Source: Octopus bimaculoides (Eukaryota). Taken from it: a stretch of DNA of 64,000 bases. The stretch lies in NCBI RefSeq assembly GCF_001194135.2, contig NC_069007.1, positions 21,642,827 through 21,706,826 on the forward strand, given 5' to 3'. The position numbers and the translations under genes are program-made. Positions 37,501 to 52,200 of this stretch are shown here, in pieces. Under the pieces are notes generated by a model. That model was not told the DNA's origin. It ran no database searches and saw nothing but the letters and a program-made list of their open reading frames with translations. Positions within the stretch are counted from its first letter, which is position 1, and each line of letters starts with the position of its first letter.

Positions 37501-40500
37501 AAAAGGTTTCCAAGTATCTCATATAATTGGTACAAAATTGCAAACAACATAAAATCGTACCAGAATCACAAATACCATTTGAACAGTACCACGAAACGGG
37601 TTGAAGCCTGGAGAGTTGTTACTAAGTGTTCTGAGATACTGATTTAGCAAAACTGTTTTCAACCAGCTACACATGTATTTAACCAATACATTTATGCACA
37701 TACATGTATAAGCAGAGAATACTATCTCACAGTGGGAGATGACCATGTCAAAGTGAATGTTAAAAGATGATATCTCAAGTTGTGAGATGACTGGGTCTTG
37801 TGATTTTTGTGATTTTAGTTTCGTAATTGCAACAGAGATGTAGACTTTGTGCTTTATCCAAAGCCATGATGCTCTTCTAATGGGTTAAGCCCCTCGTGTA
37901 GTCTGTGATAAATGTAGTATTGTAGCCAAACACATGTAAACAACAAAGAAAGGGGGAGGTGGAGTACTTACTTAACACAGGTATGCAACACTGAGCTATT
38001 CAGTGGGTTTGGTAAGGAAAACTTTTTACAAAAAGATAAATAATCTGTGTACAATGACAGATGAGACATGTAACAGCCATCTCTCAACTCAAGATTTGCT
38101 CGCAACCTGGAAGGACAGAATAGCAATGGAAGTGAACATAAGAGGAAAGGTACAGGCTGTAGACATTCAAGGTGTGTCTGTGAAGATGTATATACATATA
38201 TATTCTTTTATCGAAGATATCAACCCCATTCTATTGGGCTCTTTTGCTGAACTGCTAAGTTACGGAGACATAAACACACCGTCAGTAGTTAAGCGATGGT
38301 GGGTGACAAACACAGACACAGATATATAACAGGTTTCTCCAAGTCTCTGTCTACCAAAACCACTCACAAGGCTTTGGTTGGCCCGAGGCTATAGTGAAGA
38401 CATTTGCCCAAGGCACCATGCAGTGGGACTGAACCTGAAACTTTGTGGCTGGGAACCAAGCTTCTTACCACACAACCACGCCTACACCTATATATATATA
38501 TATATATATATATCATCATCATCAGGAAATATAAATGATATAAAATTGTGAAATACAAATACACACATACACGTAATATTGAAAAAATATTTTCCTTTTC
38601 TATTTATATCTCTCTCCGTGTGTATAGATTTTGTCTCAGCATCCAGTTGTCAGTGGGTACTTGCTACTGATGAAGCCCAAAGAGGTAGAAATGGCCATTT
38701 AGCAACACCACTACCACCACTGCTGCTGCTGCTGGATGACTTTCATCTGCTAGTCATATATTTCTGTATCTTTTAACATTGTATATCAATAAGAGACATT
38801 GTTTCAGGACAAATACCACAAGTAACTGGGTTTTCAGTAATGTATCTGCTTTAAGTATGATACACAGATTGCTTTTGTTGCACATTATATATATATTTAT
38901 CATCATTTTAACATCTGTTTTCCATGCTGGCATGAGTTAGAGGGGTTTGACACAAGCTGACAAAGCTGAGAGCTGCAACAGGCTCCACTGGCCATTTTGG
39001 CATAGTTCCTATAGCTGCATGTCCTTCCTAGCGCCAACTACTTTACAGGGTGTACTGAGTGCTTTCTATGTGTGTGTGTCATAAAAAGGTAAGAAAATGA
39101 TATGAGAGAGAGAAAGAGTGTTCCTTACCAATTACAAGTGGTTTCTATTTCTGAGGTAGGAATAGAACTTGGTGGAGGTCCCGTTTCTGGAAAAGAATAA
39201 GAAAATCTTAACAATGATATGAACAAGGCATCATTAATCAATACTTTGAGATGAAATTGTACCCAGTTCAAAGACATTTACCATTCAGCACATCTAAAGT
39301 AATTCCAGCCTGTTGAAGAGATGCAACGATGGACAGCAATAGTTCAGCAAAGTGACCACAAGCAGACACATAACCATCATCATCATCATCAATTTTAACA
39401 CCAACTTTTCCATACTTGCATGGGTTGGACAGAATTTGTTGAAGAAGATTCTCTACAGCTGGATGCCCTTCAAGCAAGATAAGTGCCCCTCACCCCCATG
39501 GCTAGACATGTTTACACACAAGACTGGAAACATACAGGCAATGTTTCCAGGCAGATCTGGGCCTATATTTTCATTCTAAAAACAAAAAAATCACATCATC
39601 AAAATCTCAATGCTATCAGTTAATGCCCGATTAATTCAAAACAATAAGCATTACATTTGACAGGATAATCTGAAAGCTAAAGGCTTAAGAGATGAGCAAT
39701 ATTCCAGATCATTTGAACCACTAAATCAAGAGACAGACAGAAAATAAATGTAATACTTACTGCAATTCAAAGTAATGGATGGTGGAGGTTGTGGAGGCAC
39801 TGGAGGTCCAATAGCTGTCAAACCTGCTTGCTGGTGGGGAACAAACTCTACAACTTTGATACCAATCAGAGAATTCGGACCATAAGATTGTGCCTCAACG
39901 GTAACCAATTGGACCAGGATATCTAATGGAATCAAAACATTTCAAATGAAAGCAGTAGTAGTAATAGCAATAGTGGAAATGTAAACAGGATGAGGATACA
40001 AGCATAACATTTTCATGAGTGGGACTGGTGGTTATACAGAGCCCAGTTTTTGAGTGCTACTTATTTCATCAGCCCATTAATGAGGTAAGGCAGAGCTCGA
40101 CTCAACCGAGATATCCAAAAGAAATTTATAAATTAAAATGGAAGTTGTAGTAACAGCAGCAGCAACAATAATAATAATCCTTCCTGCTATAGACACAAGG
40201 CCTGAAATTTCGGGGGGTGGGGGGTTAATCGATTACATTGACCCAAGAGGTCAACTGGTACTTATTTTATCGACCCTGAAAGGATGAGAGGCAAAGTCAG
40301 CCTCAAGTGGTACTCTAAGGTACTTTGTCTGAAAAGAATATTCATTCCTCTTTTCGTTTTTTTTGTTAAGTCCATCCCCTGGGTTTGTCCGTGAGCCAGT
40401 GGAGAGAGAACTTATTTCCTGAGCAGAAGTTAGTTACCAGCTAACTGACAGCTTCTGAAATAAAAAACTACCAGTAACTTCATGAATCTGCTCTACTTTA

Positions 40501-43500
40501 GGATGGCTTAAATAGCTTTTGAAGGGTTAGTGTTGAGAAAAAATAACAAACCAGCATACGTACCGACAGCATGTTTCACAGAAGAGATAGCACCAGATGT
40601 AGCTTCCCCTAATTCGGATAACTGATACAAGGCTTCTAGAGTATAAATAATCAGTTGAATATCATGGATGGTCAACAGCTTACATATATCCTCGTATGCT
40701 TTACTTTCCAGATGTTCAGACAATAAGCTTTCATTTTCTTCCACTTGGCACAATTTGCTCAGAATTTCAAGTCCTGGAATAAAGAAATGAAGACCATTGT
40801 ACGCAAAACATAAAAAAGAAAGCTGAATGAAAATCAACTATGAAGAAATCATTATTCATCCCTCGCTAGAAATGAATGTTTGTCAAACACTGTATTTTCC
40901 AGCATATAATTGCAATGCCCCACCCAATTCTTCCAAAAGTTCCCCTGCACTGTATATACTGATGGTCAGGATTTGAATAGACTTGGTTAGTGTTATTAAT
41001 GATGGACAATACTGGTGATGGTGGAAGTCAGTGGTGATGTTTGGTTAATGTAAGTATTGCAACTCAGTCTACCATAATAGCTAACCAAAGGGTGTCAGGT
41101 CTAAATTTTCATGGTTCCTCTAAAAGGTTACACAGATCTCACAGGGACTTTCTTCCAGTCCCTGTGTCTTTGCCTTGCCATCACAGCCCACCCAATAAAC
41201 AAAAGATGAAAAGAAAAGGTTTCCTTACCACGGACTACTTCACATTTATCACTGGAGCATAAACATTTGGATATCAACCTCAGCATCAGCTGTGTATCAG
41301 GGTGGTCAACACTCTCCAATATCATCTGAATCCAAAGAAACCATTGGGGGTTAAAGTTTGTAAAATGAATCACATGGAACAGCAAATCTATTTTACTGTG
41401 TGTGCATGTGTGTGTATGCATGTATGTATGTATGTGCATCTGCGCTTGCTAACATGATTCAACGTGTAATATGTGATAAAGTCTGCCTGTCAATCTCAGG
41501 TCTGGAAAGACATGACGCAGTACATAAGCATCCAGTCCCAGAAAGTGACTCGATCAATCCTGTCGAAGTTACAGCTTTCATCTGTCCCCTGGGCTTCAAA
41601 ACTATGTGTGTGTGTGTGTGTGTGTGTGCCTTTGTGCTTCCCCTCCCCACCATTTGACAACTGGTGTTGGTTTGTTCATGTCCCAGTATCTTAATGGTTC
41701 ATCAAAAGGGATCAATGGAATAATAGTACTAGACTCAAAAGACGTGCTGGGGGTCAATATATTCCACTGAACCCTTCACGTTGGTTGTTGAGCTCAGCAG
41801 CAGTCCAGAGACTAAACCCAGCAAAAGGTGAAAAGAGGAAAAAAACTCATCTCAAAACACAACACAAAAACAAAACCCAACAAAAACGAACTGAAAACTG
41901 TTTTACCTGAAGGGCAGAATTGCCCAGAGTATCCAGTCCTATTTGGCGCAGGGAGCCATACTTGCTGTATGCACAGAGCAATAGAAACCTGCAACAGAGA
42001 AGAGAAAGGAGTTCAGTGACTGGAAGGGACAGACTGGAGGCTGCAGTGGTTTCACAGTTGAGTGGGACAAAGCAGGGATAATTACTAACCACAGAGTGTC
42101 GTTAATTTCTATCAAATGGAGGCTGTTTTATAACGCTTACAAATCCTTGAGATACTTTTAATGACTAATTATTGGCATTAACTCTTTAGCATTCAAATTG
42201 CTCAGTCAAATGTAATGTTTATTTATTCACATGGTTTCGAATTAATCTGATAAGTAAAACATGATCACCTCTCACTTGGAAGTTTCACTCAAAGTTCTGA
42301 CTATGATACAGCCAGCCATCTACCAGAAGAAACAGTTGCACAAACAGCCACTATTTGATGATGACAATGATGATAGTGATGACAATAATGTTATAAGAGA
42401 AATTATCATTGAAGATAGAAAATAAAAAAAAAAATTAAAATTTTTTACCTAAACACACTTCTGTTGTTGGCCAAGATCTGCAAATTTTCTTCATCAAAAG
42501 ATAAATTCCTGATTATAATAGCCATCTAGAAGAATGGGGAAGAAAAAGAGAAAGCTTTCATGAAATTCCAGTGTCAGAGAATTAAGGTGAGTTGACTACA
42601 GGTAAAGTCTGGCCAGGTGCAAGAGATTTAATGCGTTAACCACCACATTAACCTGTTACGGAAACTTAGCAGGGATGCCCATCTATTTCATGGGGTCACA
42701 CTGCATATTGTTTAATTACAAGGAAATATAATTTTTTTTTTTTTTTTTTGCATTTTCACAATATTTCATAATTAAACTTTAATATTTAGCATTCATATTA
42801 TCAAAATATCCTCAAAACCATGTCAAAGATACAGAATAAAATATCATGAAAATGTACCACAGGTGGTACATATGGAGATTGTGTGAAGCTTGCCAGTGGT
42901 AGTTTATGTGGTGGTCATTGTGTCAAGACACATTTTGAAGAAGATAAAAGAGAAGGGGCATTTCATTTCCTTCATGATATTTTCTCAACCACATGATTTC
43001 AGGCTGAGTCCATCTGCATGGCACCTTGGGCAAGTGTCTTCTACTATAGCCTCATAACTTAGTAGTTCGGCAAAAGAAACCAACAGAAAAAGGCTTACAA
43101 AGAATAAGTCCTGGAGTCGATTTGTTCGACTAAAGGCAGTGCTCCAGCATGGCCACAGTTAAATGACTGAAACTAGTAAAAGAATAAATATATATATATA
43201 TATNNNNNNNNNNATATATATTACACTTACCTGAGTCACTCGCTGACCTTCGACATCATTAACTCCTAGACTGCGGCCAAGATTCAAAACTTCTTCACCA
43301 ACCCACTCTCCTGTGAAACAAACGAATGAAGGAAAGACAATTATTCAGTTTTAAAATTGTAAACATACACTTGTAATACGCATGCAGGCAGGTTCCTTCC
43401 ACAGTTACAGTTGACCCTTTTGATAACAACCCACCAGGCACCACACCTCAGCTCCTATTATTTCCAAAACCTGACATTAAAATTCAATGCTAGAAAATGT

Positions 43501-46500
43501 CCCAACCGACATCCTGAAGAGGACAATGGGGAAGGCGCATGGCTTGGTGGGCGGGGTATTCAGTTCATGGATATATATATATGGTCAGGAGTTCAATTAC
43601 CAGCCATGCATTGTGTCCTCGAGCAAATACACTTTATTTCATATTGCTCTGGTCCACTCAGCCAGCAAAAATGAGCTGTGCCTGTAATTCAAAGGGCCAG
43701 TCTTGTCACATTCTGTGTTACACTGAAACCTCAGCCACTTGCATGTTAATCTCACAAGCAGGTTGTTCCATTGATTGGACCATCTGGATCCCTTGTTCTC
43801 ATAATTAACGAAGTGCCATTTAATAGGACAAAGTTAGTTCGCTAATTTCATTATTATTTTCAACACAAATTTTAGTTTTGGGCCACAGGCCCAATTAGCC
43901 CTCCACAGGAGCCAGCTGAAAAGTCCACACATGGTGCAGCTTTTAAGCTAGTATATAAATATAAATATGCAGGCAGATCCAAAAGTATCTCAGCCATAAG
44001 TAGAACAAAAAAAAAAGAAGGAACCATGCAGCAGCTCTGATATTAGTCAGGTCATCTATTGTGTTGGGTATAAGCTTGCAGGGATTGCAGGGAAGTACCA
44101 AGAGATATTTACTTATCAGCGATGCGTCCCTCGTGTCTGAGATCATTTCACGAACTTCTTTATCATACACTGTATCATACCAGAACTGAAAACAGAAAAG
44201 AAATACATCAACAACAATCCCGCTTAGATATACAGATATAATAGAGACATTCATACTGATACAATACAGAGATATTACATATAAAAAAAACAATGGAATT
44301 TAACTCCGATTTATTTAATCCAACAAATAAGCCATTTTCTCACAAGCTTTCCCTTTCTCTCCCTATAACTTTTAAATTTTTAGGTTCCAAATCCCAGGGT
44401 TCCGCTTTTAAAAACTTTGGTGCATTTAACATATTTGATAGCATAGAAGATACACCCCAATTTCAGAGGTGCACCTTATATTTGTTGTTTGCACTCATTA
44501 GACTGCAGCCATGCTGGGGCATTGCCCAGAAGAAGAATTTTGGTCAGATGAATCACTAAGAAGGGCATCCAGTCATAGAAACCATGCCAAAACAGATGAC
44601 TGGAACCTGGTGCAGTTCTCTGGCTTACCAGCAGCCCTTCAGTTTTTCTGAGCCCTGTAAAAGAACTCAGAAGGTTGGCCCTCCAACCAGGCCTTTCGCA
44701 AAACCTTTAGAGCCAGGAATTTTTCAGCATCCCTTCATGTATCGCTCAGCATGAACGAGAAAGATAAATATATCTTTTTTATGATTACATTTCATGAGAG
44801 AGGTTAGTGCATGGTGTAAGGTTTGCATCTTGATATTTATACTGGTTGAAAGGAAAGGTGAGTAATTCCACCTTCTTGAGATATTTCCTCTTCAATAAAC
44901 AAAGGTGTGTCATGAGGAATTGGTAATGAAAGAGTTCCAAGAAATTTAACCAGAATTATTATTATGTAAGCTCTGTCAGTTCTCTATAAAAAACAGATAA
45001 TCTGGTAAGGATCTGGTGCCAAGAGTGCCACAAAAATCAGTTGATGCAACTGTAGAAGCAAAAGAAAAGAAAAACAAAAAAAATTTACCTTCACAAAATT
45101 CCTTTTAGAAAATGGTCGCCAACCATTTTCGTAGAGTTCTTCTAAAGAACTTTCCCCTGCAATAAAAAGAAATTGTAGTTAAGAATGGGTTAAGATACTG
45201 ACTTTTGGTATGAACCCACCTGAGACTTGACCCTGGTTCAATGATACAGACTTCTTGTTTTTAAGTAGCTTTAAAAATTAAAACCTTTCAAAATTTAATA
45301 TTAATTTATGTTTCAAGCATCAGATTAATGATGATGGTTATTTGAAGTTCTTCATTATCTTAAAAATTAATTGAAATAAAAACAGTGCATTTCGATATAA
45401 ATATGGTAATGAAAGTGTTAAGGATGTAAAAAGAGAGAATAAGATAATATCTAGTCTCCATTGGAAAATCTAATAATAATGGTTACTTCTGATAAGACCC
45501 TATGGAGGAGGTACCTGTGGACTCTACCCCCACAACCCACCCAGGAATAGTTGGTGGCAAAGATGGATGACTATATGACTGGGTACAATAATAGTCTTTT
45601 ATTTTTTCCTCTTCCTAAATATCCAGCATCAATGAGGTACCTTATTGTAACTGAAAGAAATAAGATCAAAGCAAGTTTTATTTCCACATCACGACAATGG
45701 TGCTGGTACCACCATCACAGTCATAAACCTATGTGGAAGCTTCTATGTAGTCACACGACCAGCTAGAAACAGCAGTTGACAAAAATGAAGGGCATCCAAC
45801 CACAAAAAAAATACACCTTAATAAACACCATCCAACCAGGAAATTAGCCCCTATTGCTCCTTATGGAGTAATGTAGACTAACCATGGCCAGCCCAAATGC
45901 TAAAACATTAAATAAAAATCAAACAATAATAGATATATATGCATTGTACTTACCGAGTGAAAAAATTCCTATGTGTGCTAAAAGAAGATCTAGTAGATGC
46001 TTGGATTTGTCCAAGCGTAATGAGCGCTTGCCATCGTTGGAGAGTAAAGTGCACACGTTGACCACAAAGTCTACTTCATTCGGTAATCCAGACATTAAAG
46101 CCATTTCCAACTTGTCATAGTCACTGAATGTAACAAACTGGCAAGACAAACCAGCATTTTGACGTGCAGACTCTGGAAAAGAACAAAACAACAACTGCAT
46201 ATGTTTTCACGTAAATTTGTTTTTTAAATATTCACTCAACACTAGGAAGAAATTATGAGGGACTACTGTGGCTGGGGCTTGAAATCATGTGGAAGATCAT
46301 AAGGATATCGTTGTGATATCACATAAGATTTATTGTGGCAAGGGCTTAAGATCACAAAGGATATTGTGGCTATAAGGTCTGGAGATCATATGGAATACTG
46401 TTGAGGGCAAGATCGGGAGATCATATGGAATATTGCTGAGGGCTGGAGATCATGTGTGTTTATTATAGCAAGGGCTTGAGATCATATGGGATATTGTTGA

Positions 46501-46749
46501 GGTATGTATGAAGATCAAGTGAGATATTTGTGGATGCAATGTTGGAAATCATATGGGGTACTGTTGCAGCAGGTGTGAGTTAGGGTATTTTGTGATAGGG
46601 ATGCAATTTTCTATCAGGTGAAAATGTTGATTTGGTCTTCCCTAAAACATAATATGGCTATTATCTACCTCAGTGAGGTGGTCAGTGTACCACTGTAGTA
46701 TAACAGCTGACCTAGAGTTAATCCTGGTTATCAAAATGGTAACTTACTG

Positions 46750-46790
<41 letters not shown>

Positions 46791-49242
46791 AATGTCATGT
46801 GTATGCAGTGTGTATGCAAATGCATACATGTGTGCTACATGTATGCATGCAATAAACAAGGTTTATGTATGTGTCCATGCATGTGTATAATCATCATTTA
46901 ACATTCATTTTCCATGCAAACAAAATACCATATGATCACATGACTAACCACACTGATCAAATATCATACCTTGCTGGCCACAATGCACTTTGTATCATTT
47001 TAGCTTTCAAATGATGCCACCCTGTTGGCGAGGCAAGCATTGCCCTAATCAGAAGGTTAGTCCATTGCAGGGTTGGCACCCATTTACAGCTGAGTGGACT
47101 GGAGCAACACGAAAAGAAGTGTTTTGCGCAAGAACCCAATGCACCAGCTGGTCCAGGAATCGAACCCATAATCTTGCAATCATGAGTGTAACACCCTAAC
47201 CACAAGGCCATGCATCTTTACACACACACACACACACTATTTCCTAGAACACACATCCCTATTCATAACACGATTACAAATAATCATGGCTCCCTCTCTC
47301 TTTCTCATGCACACACACACACACACACTCACATTTTCTTACCAATCCAACTCATTCCACTTATATCCATCCATCTTCACTCTTTTGCCTATAAAATACC
47401 ATTCTATCCACTCCCATTTTTCTTCATTCACTCACAATTTCTTTGATATAAACAACACAGTTTTTCATGCAACTTTCCTATGCCTTTTTTTTTCCCTCTC
47501 TTCATCACAAAGGGCCTCTGTCCAAAACACTTAACTCTCTCCTGTTTCCTCCAAACAGCATAATTTTATATATTCTATATTTTTGTGTGTATTTTTACTC
47601 TTTTACTCTTCAGATAAAAAAACGTCAGTCTTTCATGGATTTTATCTCAAGACAGTTGGGTATTTTTAGCCCCAGGTCAGCCTTGATCCAGCATTTCAGC
47701 AATGATCATCGCCATTCCTTCCTATGTGCAAGGAACCTAGAACGACATCATCCAAATTGTTGGCTTATTAAGCCTTTACCATTCAGATTACTCTCTTGAA
47801 TGTAAAGCTTATTTATTCACGGTATTTTGGTTTAACCATGCATGGGCTGCATCACGCTCCAACATCTACTTTGGCAAGGTTTCTACAGCTGGGTGCTTTT
47901 GTTTGGACCACTGGCACCAGTGAGGTCACCATGCAGCTTGCAGAAGTACAAACCCTGGGAGAAGTGGGAGTCAGCTTGATGCTAGGTGATGAGGGGTTAA
48001 ACTATGAGAGAGAGGGGAGAAGTCAGAGCAGGTTCTTGTAGAGGAGCAGCTTCACAACTGACATCTAGTAGCAGAAGAGAAAAAGAGAAACAAACTCTGA
48101 CAACACTGGTGGCATGGAGAGGAAAGACTAGCATGGATGGGAAACTATTGATCTTACAAAAAAAAATTTTTTTTTTTTAAACCCTTCGCCAAACCTACAT
48201 CTTGGAGAAGAACTCTCCAGGTGCAGATCTAAGGCCTATTGAAGCATACAGCAGCCCCAAATTATACTCTTCATTAATGGGTACAAGAGGAAATAGTTAT
48301 ATAAAGTATGATGACCAAGTTGCAGGAAACAAGGAGTCAATAAGGAACTATATACCCGGTCGCTCAAATGGCTAGAAATAGCAGACAAAGCTCTCACAAA
48401 TCCATTCAGCCACCAAAAAGATAAATTGGATACTGTAGTCCTACATATACACTAAAACAGAAAAGAATGGATGGCCGTGGTTAGATTGCCTCTGATCATA
48501 AGCCTACTTGATTAGAGCTGCTCTAGGATCAAACAACATCTATAGTAGTGGCTAAAACAAAAGAAATATAAATAAGAAAAGAAAAGAAAAGATCAAATTG
48601 AAACTGACCTGATACTTTATGCTGATTGTACTTGTATGTGAGGGGTACATTGTGTAAAGGGGTGGAAGACTTTTTACGTGATGGTCCATCTTCATCATCA
48701 TCCATGATCTCATGGTCAGGATCTTCTCCAAGAAAATTAACTTTTTCATATTCATTCAGAAATCTAAAAATATACAGAATGCCGGACATATATGAGAATG
48801 ACATGTATGACTACTAAATCAGAGATCAGCCGAATATATTAGAGACAATGAAGAGAGAGAGAAAAGAATACAGTAAGTAAAGCAAAAAGAAAAAAACGAC
48901 AAAGGGGGAAACTTGCAGAAAATTCATAAATACAGGAAGAGCATCCAAGCAATATTTCCCAGACCTCTTCCGATATAAACAAAATGAGGGTGGGACAAGT
49001 TTGCATGGAAGGCTGCAAACAAATGACATTACTTGTATGACGATGGTGACATCCGTTTATGATCAGTGCAAGACATCAAAACAAGGAGACACAACTCCCC
49101 ACCTCCCATAGACATACACATGATCGGCTTCTTTTAGTTTCCATTGTCCAAAAAGACACTTGCTCAAGATGCTGTAAAGTGAAATTGAACACAAAACCAT
49201 GTGGTTGCAAAGAACTTGAAGGTAGTACATGCTATATATACA

Positions 49243-49299
<57 letters not shown>

Positions 49300-52200
49300 T
49301 TATCTTTTGTCTTTTACTTGTTTTAGTCATTAGACTGTGGCCATGCTGGGGCAGCACCTTGCAGAATTTTAGTCAAGCGAATCAACCCCAGCATTTAATC
49401 TTTTTTATTTAAGCCTGGTACTTACTCTTTTGCCAAACCATTAAGCAACAGGGATGTAAACACACCAACACCAGTTTTCAAGCAATGGTGAAGGGGGACA
49501 AACACACGGGTTTCTTTCAGTTTCCATCTACCAAATCCACTCACAAAGCTTCGGTCAGCCCAAGGCTATAGTAGAAGTCACTTGCCCAAGGTGCCACACA
49601 GTGGGACTGAACCCGGAATCATGCAGCTGGCAAGCAATCTTCTTACCACGGAGCCACAATAAAGTCTTTTTATATATCATCATTTAATGTCCGTGTCCCA
49701 TGCATGCATGGGTTGGACGATGCGACAGGAACAAATGGGCCCAGGGACAGCGTTGTGTTCAAAGCATCTGTTTTGATATGGCTTGTATAGTTGGATGCCT
49801 CTTCTGATGCCAATCAACTTACCATGTGCACTGGGTGCTTTTTTTTTGTTTTTTTTTAATGCCACCAGCACAAAGTGACACTGCCATGCACTTTGCAAAT
49901 ATTATGAACCCCAAGAGGATAATTTTATGCTAGGAGATGACGGGTGAAAGAGAGGTAAAAGTATGAGACAAGGGGCTTGGGTAAAACAGGTTCCTTACTG
50001 TTGAGGGGTTACATGACAAGTGATTGAGTAAAGCAGAAGAGCAAAAAAACAAAAAAGAAAAAAATCGGGACTATTATCAAAAGAAGTACACAGTAACAAA
50101 CACAGCTGTAACAAATGACTTTCCCTATCTAAATGTATTCACAACACAGAAATTACCTACACTTGAATGAAATTCCTATCATTGATCTCCTATAAAATGA
50201 AATCTAGAGACTGTCGGGTGCCATCTTGGTGACTATTGATATAAATCAATAACTTGAGTCATGACAAGTTATTGAATAACAAGAAGGAAAAAAAAGAAGA
50301 AAAAGAAATAAATCAATTTTTAATGAATATAAGTGATTATTTCAATGAGTCTAACTTTGTTCAAAGTGGTTTAGATATCACCGTTTCACTATATCATATA
50401 ACTATACAAACTCATATAAACATCCATAATAGTAAAACATATAAACTGACAACCGAAGGCAATGTCCATGTGGTCACTTGAATTGCTAGAAATAGTAGCT
50501 AAATCCCCCCCACACACACACCAAATAACACTTTCCCATCTTTAATAAAAGAAAAAGGAAATAAGATATAGGTGAAGGCATGACTGTGTGGTCAAGGAAG
50601 CTCACTTTGCAACCACATGGTTTTTGGTTCAAACCCACTGCACAACAATTTGGGTGTGTTTTTTTATTATTCTATAGCCCTGGGCTGACAAATACTTTGT
50701 GAGTGAATTTGGTAGATGGAAATTGTGTGGAAGCCTATTGTATATTACACACACAGTGTCTGTGTTAGTCCCCACCACCACTTAACTGGTGTTGGTTAGT
50801 TTACGTCCCTGTACCTTAACGGTTCAGCAAAAGAGAACAATAGAGTAGTAGTTGTAGCTCTTTATGTTCAGAGTTCAAATTCTGCTAGAGTTGACTTTGT
50901 CTACCATTCTTTCAAGGTTGATTAAAATAAGTACCAGTTGAGCAATGGAGTCAAATGTAATCAACCAGTTCCCTGCCCCAAAATTTCAGACTTTGTGCCT
51001 AGAAAATTTAAGTAATGATACAGTGAAGTTAAGAAGTTGCACACCAGAGCACAAAGTCATGATATTATTCCTCGGGAAAAGAAACATTCCTCTACAATCT
51101 GTCTGTAGAGACATTCTGGAATATTTAAAACTTTGCAGTAATCTCACAAAACTGTCAAAGAACCACTCCCACTTTTCCTCCAGAAGAGAGAGAGAGAGTC
51201 TAACAGAGAAAAAGGCAATCTACCTCCTCCATATACTGGGAGATCAACCGTAATATGTATCTTCTGCTCCTCTTAACGATTTTATTACAGATATATGAAT
51301 TATTGTATTTAGAACATTCAAAACTCATTCACATTCCTTTGCCAATTTCCTTCCAAAGGAAATGAGAAATCCATTCTAAGAAAAACTGCAACAATTCTTC
51401 TTCTTCAACAAATAAACAATAATCTTAATCCTAAATCTTCATTCAACTTTTCTCACTAATCTTTTTTCATTTTCCTTTTGTTTAATTTTTCCGTTAAAAG
51501 CATATCTATTTTCCAGACTTACTGCTTTTTGTCAGCTTTAGAAATGGTTGTCTGTAAAATTTTTTTTTTTTTTTTCAAAAATTAGTAAAAAACGAGCTTG
51601 TATTTATATTTTTTCCTTTTCCAGAGGAACCAAACAATTTGGAAGCAAGTTGCAGACTCAGCTTAACTTTATTTCACTAAACTCTACTCAAACACCTTCA
51701 CATTGTGTTTTGTTACCCATTTGGGTCAGATGTGGCAGCTTTAAATGCTAAAGCAGGGGTTCTCAACCATTTTTCATCTATGGACCCCTTTGATTACTAT
51801 TTTATTCTGGTGAACCCCCATAACCATTTGATGTCTAAAAACTTGTTTTATAGAAACTTCTTTCAAAATCCCTATATTAATTTGTGTAGGTTGAATTATG
51901 TAAAATGGAGAAAGAAACCTAGCTGTTTCTTGCAATACATAACCAATATAAAGCAAAATTGTTTTCAGGGGTCCAATTTACTATTTTGTTGTGTGGACTC
52001 CCAAAAATCTTATATGGACTTTGGCTGAGAACCAGGGTGCTAAAGGGTTAAAGAATTTTGCCTAGCTTCATCAAAATCCCTACTTCACACATTAATAATG
52101 GTCAGAAAAGGGCACCAAAAACCAACCTGATATTCCAAGACCAGAATATTGAAATCTAAACAGACAGAACTGCAAAATGTTCCAAACAACTCTGAATTCA

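Noticed and set aside
39281-39308. 28-nt AG..GT micro-exon candidate ending in TG
   Set aside because: The exon at 39129-39186 satisfies the phase and homology requirement better and has stronger splice sites.
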